Shown here: one piece after another, positions 1-8,869 of the stretch
Position numbering within the stretch: position 1 is the stretch's first letter
Layout: the number at the start of each line of letters is the position of its first letter
Virus record (IMG/VR): IMGVR_UViG_3300005611_000181
Location: 1 to 25,183 of that record
Reading direction: 5' to 3' (one strand)
Length of the DNA: 25,183 nucleotides
Origin: a virus
Taxonomy: Duplodnaviria > Caudoviricetes
Program-made: the position numbers and the translations under genes
Notes under the pieces: generated by a model
The model's input: the letters and a program-made list of their open reading frames with translations, nothing else
Databases searched by the model: none
What the model was told of the DNA's origin: nothing

Positions 1-2175
1 GACCTAGAACGCGCGTATGATACTTATCAAAAATCAATTGACCAGTTTACCGGCACCGACGACGAACGCATCTTGTCAAATGTAGAAGCTACGGCCGAGG
101 GTATTGAAGACATTAACGAGCGTATAGCCTACATTCGTGGGCAGGCTCAAAACTTACGTCAACGTGCAAGCAACCGTGAGTTTGATGACAACGCGAATGC
201 TCGTAAACTTGCGACAGCATATGACCGTTTAGCAAACCTTGAATTGCTTAAATCTCGTGAGCCTGATCCGGACCTGTTAGCTGCGGGTGATGAAGCAGAG
301 TTTGTTCCGCTTACGGCAACAGAAATTTATGACATGTATAGTGTTGCTTTATCAAAGGGTAAGGAACTCAACGCACAGGGCAAATCTAATTCTGCTCGTG
401 TAGCCTTTGGGTTTGCTCAAGCTTTGATGCGGGACCTTGATAACTTTGACACCGGCGATGCTGCATACAATACCGCTCGTGCATATACTCGCGCACTTAA
501 CGATGCGTTCACACGCTCTTTTGTTGGTGACGTACTGGCAACTGAAAAAACAGGTGCTTTAAAAGTAGCCCCTGAAATGATTGCTAATGATATTTTCCAA
601 TCCGACGCGGGTTACTTGCGGATGAAGCAGCTTGACCAAGTAGGTCAGTTTGAGCTTACTCAGGCTTTAACAAACTTATCACAAGCGGCAGGAACACCTG
701 ATCTACAAAAGACGCTAGATCGCGCAATTAAGTATTCAGTCAACGAAGACACAGGTCTTGTCGACACTGCGCGTTTAAACAAGTGGCTTAAAAACAATCG
801 CAAGGGGCTGTCTAAGTACCCACAAGTTTTAAAGAACGTGGAACAGGCTGTTGAAACGACTACCACGATCCGCGGAACTACGGAAAGCATTCTGCGAAAT
901 ATCCGTGCCGCAGCGTTTAATCCAGATACAGGTGAAATAAATGTACCTGCCTTGCGTCGTTGGATGGAGCGTCCCGAAAACCAAGACATTCTATCGGCAA
1001 TGCCTGCCCTCAAAGCGGATCTTGAGAACGTACAAACCGCACGTACTCTTTTGGATCAGGGGCTTGCAGAGCAACGAGATCAACTAAAAGAGCTTAAAGC
1101 TCAAGTCTCCTTTATGGACTTGCTACCCGGTACTACCGAAAACCCTGCGACTGCGGCAGCAAAGGCATTGGCTAATCAGCAAAAGAAACCAGTTGCGGCT
1201 TGGGATAACCTGTTAAACGTGGTTAAGAAAGCCCCGAGCGAGTGGACAACTGCGGATGGTGTAAATCACACAAAAGCAGAAGCGATGAATGGATTACGTT
1301 CTGCGTTTATTGAAGCGGCCATGGTCAAGTCTGGCGGCACAAGCCAAACATTTAGTGCCCGTGATTTCTACGACACAATCTTTGCACCTCACCGTAACTC
1401 TGAAAACAAGGTCAGCTTGTCTGATTGGATGCTCAAAAATGATGTGATGAGCGAAGAAGAAATAAAGAACTTAAAACAATTTGCGACAGAGCTTGTAAAA
1501 ATGGAAAGCTTTGTAGCCTCTGGTGATATGGACCTTGAAGGTTTAGCAGAAACGGTTGGGCCAATGGTAGACTTTTACTTGCGTATTGCAGGTTCTGCCG
1601 CAGGTTCAAGGTTACAAAGCTTAATACCGGGCGATACCGGAGCAGGTTCGCTTGTCGCAGCGGGCGCAGGTTCGAAAGCATTTAGAGCCGTATATTCGAA
1701 GGTTTTCTCTGAAATTCCAGAGGCATTAAAAATGGATGTTATGACAGAGATGTTCAGGGACCCTGATTTATTGGCTACAATGCTTTCAAAAGGTAAAACT
1801 GAAAGTCAGGCAAAAAATATCGCAGGACGTCTTACAGAACTATTGAAAGAAAAAGGCTTCATTGCAGTGGGTGAGCGCGTTGGAACGATTGCTCGCCGTG
1901 GCGCACCACCCATTGTGCGTGAAACAGAAGAAACAATCATGGACGAGGAACCACAGATCACGGTTCCCGAGCCAGATGAAGAGGCTTCACTGCGGGCGCT
2001 TCCCACCAGCCCGCCAGTGGCGCAACCTAGACCTGTCGCAGCGCCTGCGCCAGTCCCTTCGACAACCCCACCTTCTCCGCAGCCTGCGGCAAGGTCTAGG
2101 TATGCTGCGCTATTTCCGAATGACCCAATATCGGGTATGATAAAACAAGGACAAGGCATAGGTAGCTTACTATGA
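1..2175 (+). CDS. Large internal virion/ejection-type protein, 5'-truncated
   Basis: The frame is open from base 1, so the TTG at 73 is not the true start. The product is Ala-rich and helical-looking, with a Pro-rich linker and C-terminal GIGSLL. It is coupled to the next virion gene by a 4-nt overlap (ATGA). Function is inferred from context. Confidence 0.6.
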   Translation, partial: DLERAYDTYQKSIDQFTGTDDERILSNVEATAEGIEDINERIAYIRGQAQNLRQRASNREFDDNANARKLATAYDRLANLELLKSREPDPDLLAAGDEAEFVPLTATEIYDMYSVALSKGKELNAQGKSNSARVAFGFAQALMRDLDNFDTGDAAYNTARAYTRALNDAFTRSFVGDVLATEKTGALKVAPEMIANDIFQSDAGYLRMKQLDQVGQFELTQALTNLSQAAGTPDLQKTLDRAIKYSVNEDTGLVDTARLNKWLKNNRKGLSKYPQVLKNVEQAVETTTTIRGTTESILRNIRAAAFNPDTGEINVPALRRWMERPENQDILSAMPALKADLENVQTARTLLDQGLAEQRDQLKELKAQVSFMDLLPGTTENPATAAAKALANQQKKPVAAWDNLLNVVKKAPSEWTTADGVNHTKAEAMNGLRSAFIEAAMVKSGGTSQTFSARDFYDTIFAPHRNSENKVSLSDWMLKNDVMSEEEIKNLKQFATELVKMESFVASGDMDLEGLAETVGPMVDFYLRIAGSAAGSRLQSLIPGDTGAGSLVAAGAGSKAFRAVYSKVFSEIPEALKMDVMTEMFRDPDLLATMLSKGKTESQAKNIAGRLTELLKEKGFIAVGERVGTIARRGAPPIVRETEETIMDEEPQITVPEPDEEASLRALPTSPPVAQPRPVAAPAPVPSTTPPSPQPAARSRYAALFPNDPISGMIKQGQGIGSLL

Positions 2176-4121
2176 GCGAAGGTATTTCCTATTACATTCC
2201 CCCTGAATTTAGGAAAATGGGAAGTCAGGTCCTAAACCTTATGTCTGCCATTGATCCCGCGCAAGGAATTATGCGTGGTATGGCTGCGTCAGGAAGAGCC
2301 TTTGATACTGAATTGCCTGCTGACGAACGCAAAGCGGCCGCGATAGAAGCTGGCGTTGAAACTTTGTTTCCTGTTGGAATGATCGGCATGGGCGCAGCGG
2401 CAAAGCAGCCCGCTAAAGCAGTTCTTATGGATATCTTAACACCAACAGGTGCTACAAAAGATATTGCGGAAGACACCCTTGGGGACCCAAGCCGTCGTAA
2501 GTTTTTGCAAGGCGCAGCCGCCGTGATTCCCGTAGCAACGGTGGCTCCAGATGTTATAACGGATGTTGTAACAAAAGCCACGAAGGCAGGCGGCAAGGCA
2601 GCGATTAATCCACTCGACATGGCTTTGAAAAACCTAAAAGTTCTTCGCGGTCAGATGGACGAACAGTATCAGATACTTGATGACCTTGAAGGAATGGGTG
2701 TTGGCGCAGACCGTAACGCTGATCTTGCAAACGAGGCTAACAGAAGTATCCAAACTGCTGAGATGGAGATGGTAGACGTCGCAAGAGAAGCTATCGAAGA
2801 TGCGGACCCTGCTGTGTTTGCCGAAGCATCCGACGAGGCTATCGAAGAAATCATTGGAATGCAGTACGAAAGCATTTATGCAAATCAGGCTATTGTGCCT
2901 GAGCATCCAAACTATGAGGTCATTGCACAAGAGATTAGACGTCGCGGCATGGACACCGCAAAAGATCAAAACGGTGTAGATCGCTTCCCCAATGCTCGTG
3001 TGTTTGCAGAAGACATCTTTGAGCCATCTGCTTTAAGTGATGTAATCCTGCCGAAGCGCAGCGTAGACGACGATTTACTGGACTCTGCGGGTGTCTTACG
3101 GGACTATGGTAACCTGAACATGGCTCGCCAAACACCGCCCGATATCGAAGAAGACATCTTAAACTTAAAGCTAACTGAGTTGCGCCGTGAGATAGAAAAC
3201 GCAGATCGGATCATGCGTATTGACGGCAAGTCGACCAAAGAGATAGATGAGTTCAAGGCGCAAAAGCGTCGCGAAATGTTTGAGCTTCAAAACTTGCCAC
3301 CAGACATGGACGACTTCTACGCACAAGGCGGTGCGGTTGAAGGCGTGGGCAGCCTTAGTCGCGTAGCGCGGGACATGTTCCGCGGCCCACGGGGCATTGC
3401 TACTCTGTCGCGGTTTGCTGAAGGCGGTGCAGCAATAGCTACGGACGATGAGTTGTCTGCCATGCGGACCAAGGTAATGGAAGATTATGGGTTTGACCCT
3501 GTCAGCGTAGCCATTGAAGAGGGTGTGGACCCTGAGTTGCTATTGCGTGTCATGTACACAGAAAACAAAGGCCGCCAAGGGCCTAGAAGCTCAAAGGGTG
3601 CTATTGGCTTGATGCAGCTTATGCCCGGCACTGCAGAAGAGCTTGGGGTTGACCCAAACGATCCAAAGGAAAACACCGTTGGTGGAGCGCGTTATCTGAA
3701 AAGAATGCTAGAAAGATTCCAATCGATTCCGTTAGCTCTTGCAGCTTACAACGCAGGACCCGGCAATGTTACAGACTACGGCGGCATTCCACCCTTTGCT
3801 GAAACACAAAACTATGTACGTCAGATTGCTCCTGCGCTGACAGGCGCAGACGTAGAGCGTCAAATTGAAGACACGGCAGAGGCGTTTGTTATGTCTCAAC
3901 CCGTAGCAGCGGAAGGCGAGTACAGCCCAAGACCAATGCTGCGACCCTTTAACTTACCGACGTTTCAAGGTCTGCCTGCAACATCACCTGTTCCACGCTT
4001 GAGGCCAGAAATGCCGGAAGAGACACCTCAAGGCATCCCTTCAGGACCGGGCGTCATTCCCGGTAAGCGTACAAACCTGTTTCAAGAGTATGGCGGGATC
4101 GCTAGTTTAACCAATCCCTAG
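2172..4121 (+). CDS. Virion-associated protein with C-terminal lytic transglycosylase (SLT) domain
   Basis: SLT motifs are present: catalytic Glu in YTENKG (3561), SSKGAIGLMQLMP, ALAAYNAGPG and PFAETQNYV. Confidence 0.85.
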   Translation: MSEGISYYIPPEFRKMGSQVLNLMSAIDPAQGIMRGMAASGRAFDTELPADERKAAAIEAGVETLFPVGMIGMGAAAKQPAKAVLMDILTPTGATKDIAEDTLGDPSRRKFLQGAAAVIPVATVAPDVITDVVTKATKAGGKAAINPLDMALKNLKVLRGQMDEQYQILDDLEGMGVGADRNADLANEANRSIQTAEMEMVDVAREAIEDADPAVFAEASDEAIEEIIGMQYESIYANQAIVPEHPNYEVIAQEIRRRGMDTAKDQNGVDRFPNARVFAEDIFEPSALSDVILPKRSVDDDLLDSAGVLRDYGNLNMARQTPPDIEEDILNLKLTELRREIENADRIMRIDGKSTKEIDEFKAQKRREMFELQNLPPDMDDFYAQGGAVEGVGSLSRVARDMFRGPRGIATLSRFAEGGAAIATDDELSAMRTKVMEDYGFDPVSVAIEEGVDPELLLRVMYTENKGRQGPRSSKGAIGLMQLMPGTAEELGVDPNDPKENTVGGARYLKRMLERFQSIPLALAAYNAGPGNVTDYGGIPPFAETQNYVRQIAPALTGADVERQIEDTAEAFVMSQPVAAEGEYSPRPMLRPFNLPTFQGLPATSPVPRLRPEMPEETPQGIPSGPGVIPGKRTNLFQEYGGIASLTNP

Positions 4122-5550
4122 CCTGTTCGCCCAAAACCTTCTCCGCGAGATTAATCTTGTCGCGTAGCGCGTCGATGATCTTCTCGTCTATCGTGTCTGG
4201 CGAAACCAAGTCGATGTAGGTTACAGGATGATGCTGCCCGATACGGTGAGCGCGGTCCTCGGACTGCAAGCGTATCTCCAAATCATATGAGTTACTGAAG
4301 TATATGACGGTAGTCGCCTCTGTCAGGGTAATGCCGTAGCCCCCTGTTTTGGGCTGACCGACAAAGAACCGCAGCGGGTGGTTGGGGTTTTGAAAATTCT
4401 CGACGATGCGTTGCCGCATGGATTGTGGAGTATCTCCGTAATAAGTTGCCACCGCTTCCGCGGAAAAGCGGTGGCGCAGGGCATAGGCAATCCGTTGAAT
4501 ATCGTGGGTGTACGATGCCCAAATGATTGCCTTTCCCTGAAACTCTTCCACGACGTTCATCAGTTCGTCCAGACGTTTGCTTTCAAGCGTTCTGGGTTCT
4601 CCTACGTCGGGAGTAAAGTGACCGCAGCATATCTGCTGTAGCCTCATAATCTGTGTCAACACACTGGATGTTGTAGCTAGTTCCCCGCTGTCTAACTGTG
4701 CCAAAGCAAGCTTCTTCATCTGAGTGTAGACGTTACGCTGCTCGTTGGTCAATTCGACATAGCGTTTGACATAAACCTTTTGCGGTAAGTCCAAACACTC
4801 ATCTTTTAAAATACGTGTGCTAAACCGATCCAAGCGTTCTGACAGTTCGTCAAGCCGACGATATCCTGTGATCTCTTGGAAGCTTTTGGCACCCATTGTC
4901 CGCTTTTGCACGATAGCGTAGCGGTTTTGAAACGCAAAGTAGCTGTTGTATCCAAGGGCTTTCTCTTCAAGAAAGCTGCACTGACTGAACAAATCCATCG
5001 GACTTTTGGTGACAGGAGAACCTGTAAGTATACGACGGTACTTGGCGTACTTCGTCATTACCATGAGATTCTTTGTGCGGTTGGCTTTGCGATTCTTTAT
5101 GGTGGTGCTTTCGTCAACCACCATCATGTTGTTTGGGTTCTGTACAAGGAACCTACCCGCTGCTTTTGCACCGCGTGGCGATGAGAAAGCCTCTACGTTT
5201 ACCACAAAAAACTTCATTCCGTTGAAGTCTTCTATAATAAAATCGTCAAGCTCTCGCGCATATCTTTTAGATGTACTAGGTGCCCAACGCATAACGTAAC
5301 GATTAATGCGGTCTGGTAAGTGAGTCGGTATTTCACCCTTAACCCAGTTATCATAGACCCCTTTTGGAGCTACAATTAAAGCCGCGTTGATCTCACCTTG
5401 CTCATACAAAACACCAATGTTATCAATGGTTACTTTAGATTTTCCTGTACCCATTTCCATAAATAAAGCATGGTAGGGGTCCGACCACGACTCCTCTAGT
5501 GCAGTCTGTTGATGATCGTATGGTTCAGTTTTAAATTTGTAATTTTTCAT
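4102..5550 (-). CDS. SNF2-family (SF2) helicase/ATPase
   Basis: Motifs MEMGTGKS, VVDEST, LTGSP, GYGITL and QSEDRAHRIGQ. RBS GAGGTG lies upstream on the minus strand. Confidence 0.92.
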   Translation of the reverse strand: MKNYKFKTEPYDHQQTALEESWSDPYHALFMEMGTGKSKVTIDNIGVLYEQGEINAALIVAPKGVYDNWVKGEIPTHLPDRINRYVMRWAPSTSKRYARELDDFIIEDFNGMKFFVVNVEAFSSPRGAKAAGRFLVQNPNNMMVVDESTTIKNRKANRTKNLMVMTKYAKYRRILTGSPVTKSPMDLFSQCSFLEEKALGYNSYFAFQNRYAIVQKRTMGAKSFQEITGYRRLDELSERLDRFSTRILKDECLDLPQKVYVKRYVELTNEQRNVYTQMKKLALAQLDSGELATTSSVLTQIMRLQQICCGHFTPDVGEPRTLESKRLDELMNVVEEFQGKAIIWASYTHDIQRIAYALRHRFSAEAVATYYGDTPQSMRQRIVENFQNPNHPLRFFVGQPKTGGYGITLTEATTVIYFSNSYDLEIRLQSEDRAHRIGQHHPVTYIDLVSPDTIDEKIIDALRDKINLAEKVLGEQARDWLN

Positions 5551-5560
5551 GTTTCACCTC

Positions 5561-5601
5561 TTGACTATAAGAATTAATAAGAATATCTAGGAACTTGTCA
5601 A
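5561..5601. promoter_or_regulatory. Overlapping divergent sigma70-like promoters with operator heptamers
   Basis: TTGACT at 5561-5566 (+) and TTGACA at 5601-5596 (-). TATAAGA (5566) and AATAAGA (5576) lie between them, 10 bp apart. Confidence 0.65.
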
Positions 5602-5660
5602 GGCCCCAAACAAGGTCTTTAACAACGAACCGCGAAACACGAACCACGAAAGGAAGACAT

Positions 5661-6245
5661 ATGTCGGAAGATTTATGGAATGTCTTTGAGAATGATTTCG
5701 AAAAAGAAATTGCCTCAAACCTTGAAAAGACTGACGGCGGCGTACTCAAAACAGTCGCAGAGTTAGCAAGGGCTATAGCAGCCAAAGAGGCGCAAGTTGC
5801 CGATCTAGATCGACAATTGAAAGAGGCCAAAAAAGAACTTCTCAAATTAACGGACGAGGACCTACCTGCTTCCATGGCAGAGATGGGCTTGGCTTCGTTT
5901 ACCTTGGACGACGGATCACAGATCGATGTAAAGCCCACATACGGCGCATCTATTCTCGTGGACAACCGCCCGAAGGCTTACGAATGGCTCCGCGACCACG
6001 GCTACGACGACATTATCAAGAACAATGTCAGTGTGTCCTTTGGCCGTGGCGAGGATGATTTGGCTAACGCGTTTAAAGCGGTGGCTGAGAAGGAAGGGTA
6101 TGTACCGCAACAGGACACATCTATCCACGCGGGTACTCTGAAAGCATTCGTTCGCGAACGCATTGAAGCGGGCGACGAATTTCCAATGGAACTATTTGGC
6201 GCATATGTAGGACAACGCGCATTTATTAAGAAGGGGAAAAAATAA
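5661..6245 (+). CDS. Phage replication-module hypothetical protein (coiled-coil N-terminus)
   Basis: ATG 5661 follows AAGGAAG and is a better start than TTG 5595. The stop overlaps the next start (TAATG). Confidence 0.75.
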   Translation: MSEDLWNVFENDFEKEIASNLEKTDGGVLKTVAELARAIAAKEAQVADLDRQLKEAKKELLKLTDEDLPASMAEMGLASFTLDDGSQIDVKPTYGASILVDNRPKAYEWLRDHGYDDIIKNNVSVSFGRGEDDLANAFKAVAEKEGYVPQQDTSIHAGTLKAFVRERIEAGDEFPMELFGAYVGQRAFIKKGKK

Positions 6246-7021
6246 TGGCCGGTGCAGTAGCAAAAACAAATAAGGCTGACGTAGTCGAGTTCGATCCAAG
6301 CATGTTCGAAGCAGATGCAGGAGAAGGCGTAAGCAACATGGGTCAGGACGACCTCGCGCTTCCGTTCCTTAAAATCCTGTCAGGCTTGGACCCTTTGTTG
6401 GACGAGTTAGATCACGCAAAGCGTGGCGACCTATACAACACAGTATCGGGTCAAGTGTACAAAGGTAAGGACGGCATTCGTGTCATTCCTTGTGCTTACC
6501 AACGCCGCTATATCCAGTGGGCACCCCGCGGCAGCGGGTCAGGCGCACCGACTGCAATCTATGAGACACAGCAAGACTGTCCAAAGGTGCAGCGCAGCAA
6601 GGACGACAACAAAGACTACGTTGTCGGCGGCGATGGTGAGTACATCGAAGAGACACACCAACACTTTGTTCTTATCGTTGGCGAAGACGGATCAGTCGAG
6701 ACTGCCCTGATCGCTATGAAATCTACGGCTCTCAAGAAAAGCCGCAAGTGGAACAGCATGATGTCATCGATCACAATGCAGGGTAAGAACGGCCCGTTCA
6801 CTCCGCCACGTTATAGCCAAGTGTATCTAATGAAAACTGTGCAAGAAGAGAACAGCAAGGGTTCATGGCACAACTGGGAAATGACCCGCGAAGGTCCGAT
6901 CACAGACGCTGCTATTTACAAACGTGCAAAAGACTTTTACGAAAGCATTAACTCTGGCGACGTAGTTGTTAAGCACCAAGACGATAGTGCGCCAATACAA
7001 AGCGACGACGTTCCATTCTAA
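6245..7021 (+). CDS. Putative single-stranded DNA-binding protein
   Basis: The acidic tail ends DDVPF, like the SSB C-terminal DDIPF motif, and the gene lies directly before the primase. Confidence 0.65.
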   Translation: MAGAVAKTNKADVVEFDPSMFEADAGEGVSNMGQDDLALPFLKILSGLDPLLDELDHAKRGDLYNTVSGQVYKGKDGIRVIPCAYQRRYIQWAPRGSGSGAPTAIYETQQDCPKVQRSKDDNKDYVVGGDGEYIEETHQHFVLIVGEDGSVETALIAMKSTALKKSRKWNSMMSSITMQGKNGPFTPPRYSQVYLMKTVQEENSKGSWHNWEMTREGPITDAAIYKRAKDFYESINSGDVVVKHQDDSAPIQSDDVPF

Positions 7022-7071
7022 TTGCAGAAACAATCAAACGGATGTCTCCAAACGTTAGTTGATTGTACCGA

Positions 7072-7123
7072 ACCCCGACGGGCGGCGGGGTCTGCGAACC
7101 GCCCACTCACAACATTGAGGTGG
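7072..7123 (+). promoter_or_regulatory. H-type RNA pseudoknot and SD-masking hairpin in the primase leader
   Basis: S1 is ACCCCG 7072-7077 / CGGGGT 7086-7091. S2 is GGGCGG 7080-7085 / CCGCCC 7099-7104. The SD GAGGTGG is at 7117-7123. Confidence 0.6.
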
Positions 7124-7127
7124 AACG

Positions 7128-8660
7128 ATGTCCGAAGAAAAGTTTGCGGCCATCTTCGATGGTCTGAAAGAAGCCTATGGCACATACAGAGTAGAAAAGA
7201 AGCAATCTAACGGTAAAAATACTGGGAAGGCTGCCATCGTACGTGACCCACGGACCCCGAAACTGTGGCAGGGGCATTTGTCTGGTAAAGGCAATTCAGT
7301 CGGTATCATACCGATTAACGAAGAGAATAAATGTAAGTGGGGCTGTATTGACGTCGATCAGTATCCGCTAGATCACAAGCTGTTGATTGAAAAAATCAGA
7401 CGTATGAAGCTGCCATTAGTCGTGTGTCGATCTAAGTCTGGCGGCGCACACTGCTTTCTGTTTGCAGAGGATTGGGTTGAGGCCCGCGACATGCAGAAGG
7501 CATTGCAGAACATTTCCGCAGCCTTGGGCTACGGCGATAGTGAAATATTTCCTAAGCAAGTTAAGCTGAACCTTGAACGTGGTGACGTAGGTAACTTTCT
7601 TAACCTACCGTATTACGACGCAGAAGGGGGCCTACGCTACGCTTTCTTGGACGACGGCACCTCTGCCGACCTAGAAGAGTTTTTCGCACTGTACGAGACG
7701 CATAAACAAACGCCAGAACAGGTGATAAAACTACAGGTGGAAAGCACCGCCGACATGGCGGACTTCGACAAAGGGCCACCCTGCCTCAAGATATTGGCGA
7801 AGCTAAAGATATCTGAGGGTGGGCGCAACAACGGGCTGTTTAACGTAGGCGTATATCTGCGCAAGGCGTATCCCGATAGTTGGGAAAGCGAAATCCTGCG
7901 GTACAACATGGAATATTTTGAACCGCCGTTGCCGCTGAACGAAGTCAACGTCGTGGCCAAGCAAGTGCAGCGCAAAGATTATGCATACAAGTGTAACGAC
8001 GCACCGATCAACGCGCACTGTAACAAGGACCTGTGCCGCACGATGGAGTTTGGCATTGGCGCAGCCGCGTCGGGCGTTCCGATTGCAAACCTACGCAAGT
8101 ATAACTCAACCCCGCCTGTTTGGTTTCTGGACGTAAACGGCGAACCGCTCGAACTAGACACGGATGCCCTGATGAACCAGTCGGCTTTTCAGAAGGCTTG
8201 CATGGAGCAGCTTAACCTCTACCCTCGCACTGCCAAAAAGGAGCAGTGGGAAGCGCGTGTAGGCGCACTACTGAACGAAATGAAAGAGAATGAGAGCGCA
8301 ATTGTTGAGGTGGCGCAGGACGCAAGCATCAGTGGTCAGTTCTACGATTACTTAGAAGAGTTTTGCTCTTACTTACAGACGGCTCAAGACCGCGAGGAAA
8401 TACTGTTACGCAAGCCGTATACAGATGAGGAAGAGGGCAAGACATACTTCAGGCTCAAAGATTTCGAAGCGCACTTACGCAAGAACAAATTCTTTGAATA
8501 CAAGTCGCACAAGGTGGCGCAGCGTCTGCGTGATATAAATGGCGACAGTACAGTCCTGAAGATCAAAGGCCGCTCTGTTCGTGTCTGGTGCATACCGTCT
8601 TTTGAGAAAGGCGACATGGATATCAGAGTGCCAGAGTTTGGTGGGGAGTCTCCGTTTTGA
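7128..8660 (+). CDS. AEP-superfamily primase (primase-polymerase) with PriCT-1-like domain
   Basis: Catalytic motifs GCIDVD, SKSGGAH and GNFLNLPY; PPCL...EGGRNNGLF region resembles PriCT. The RBS is strong. Confidence 0.85.
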   Translation: MSEEKFAAIFDGLKEAYGTYRVEKKQSNGKNTGKAAIVRDPRTPKLWQGHLSGKGNSVGIIPINEENKCKWGCIDVDQYPLDHKLLIEKIRRMKLPLVVCRSKSGGAHCFLFAEDWVEARDMQKALQNISAALGYGDSEIFPKQVKLNLERGDVGNFLNLPYYDAEGGLRYAFLDDGTSADLEEFFALYETHKQTPEQVIKLQVESTADMADFDKGPPCLKILAKLKISEGGRNNGLFNVGVYLRKAYPDSWESEILRYNMEYFEPPLPLNEVNVVAKQVQRKDYAYKCNDAPINAHCNKDLCRTMEFGIGAAASGVPIANLRKYNSTPPVWFLDVNGEPLELDTDALMNQSAFQKACMEQLNLYPRTAKKEQWEARVGALLNEMKENESAIVEVAQDASISGQFYDYLEEFCSYLQTAQDREEILLRKPYTDEEEGKTYFRLKDFEAHLRKNKFFEYKSHKVAQRLRDINGDSTVLKIKGRSVRVWCIPSFEKGDMDIRVPEFGGESPF

Positions 8661-8869
8661 ACGACTTTAAGCAAAAAAGAAACAAAGAGATCGTCCGTAT
8701 GATCGACGAGGAACTCATGACCGCAACGGCTGTGGGCAAGTGGTTCAACATCTCAAAGCAACGCGTGTCGCAGATATATAACAGGGAAAAGCAGCATGTT
8801 CAGAATATTCGGACCCCCGGGAACGGGCAAGACAACGACACTATTAAACATGGTGGACAAGGCTCTTGA
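8657..8869 (+). CDS. Small helix-turn-helix DNA-binding protein (sigma70 region-4-like)
   Basis: HTH pattern TATAVGKWFNISKQRVSQI. RBS GGGGAG at 8643; the TTG start overlaps the primase stop. Confidence 0.7.
   Translation: MNDFKQKRNKEIVRMIDEELMTATAVGKWFNISKQRVSQIYNREKQHVQNIRTPGNGQDNDTIKHGGQGS

Noticed and set aside
7022-7210. ORF in frame with the SSB gene, suggesting pseudoknot-stimulated readthrough or frameshifting
   Set aside because: The pseudoknot starts 50 nt after the stop codon, and no slippery heptamer lies 5-9 nt upstream of it. Leader regulation of the primase fits better.
7128-8660. Primase as part of a defence/conflict system
   Set aside because: Its context (SSB, helicases, PolA) is an ordinary phage replication module.
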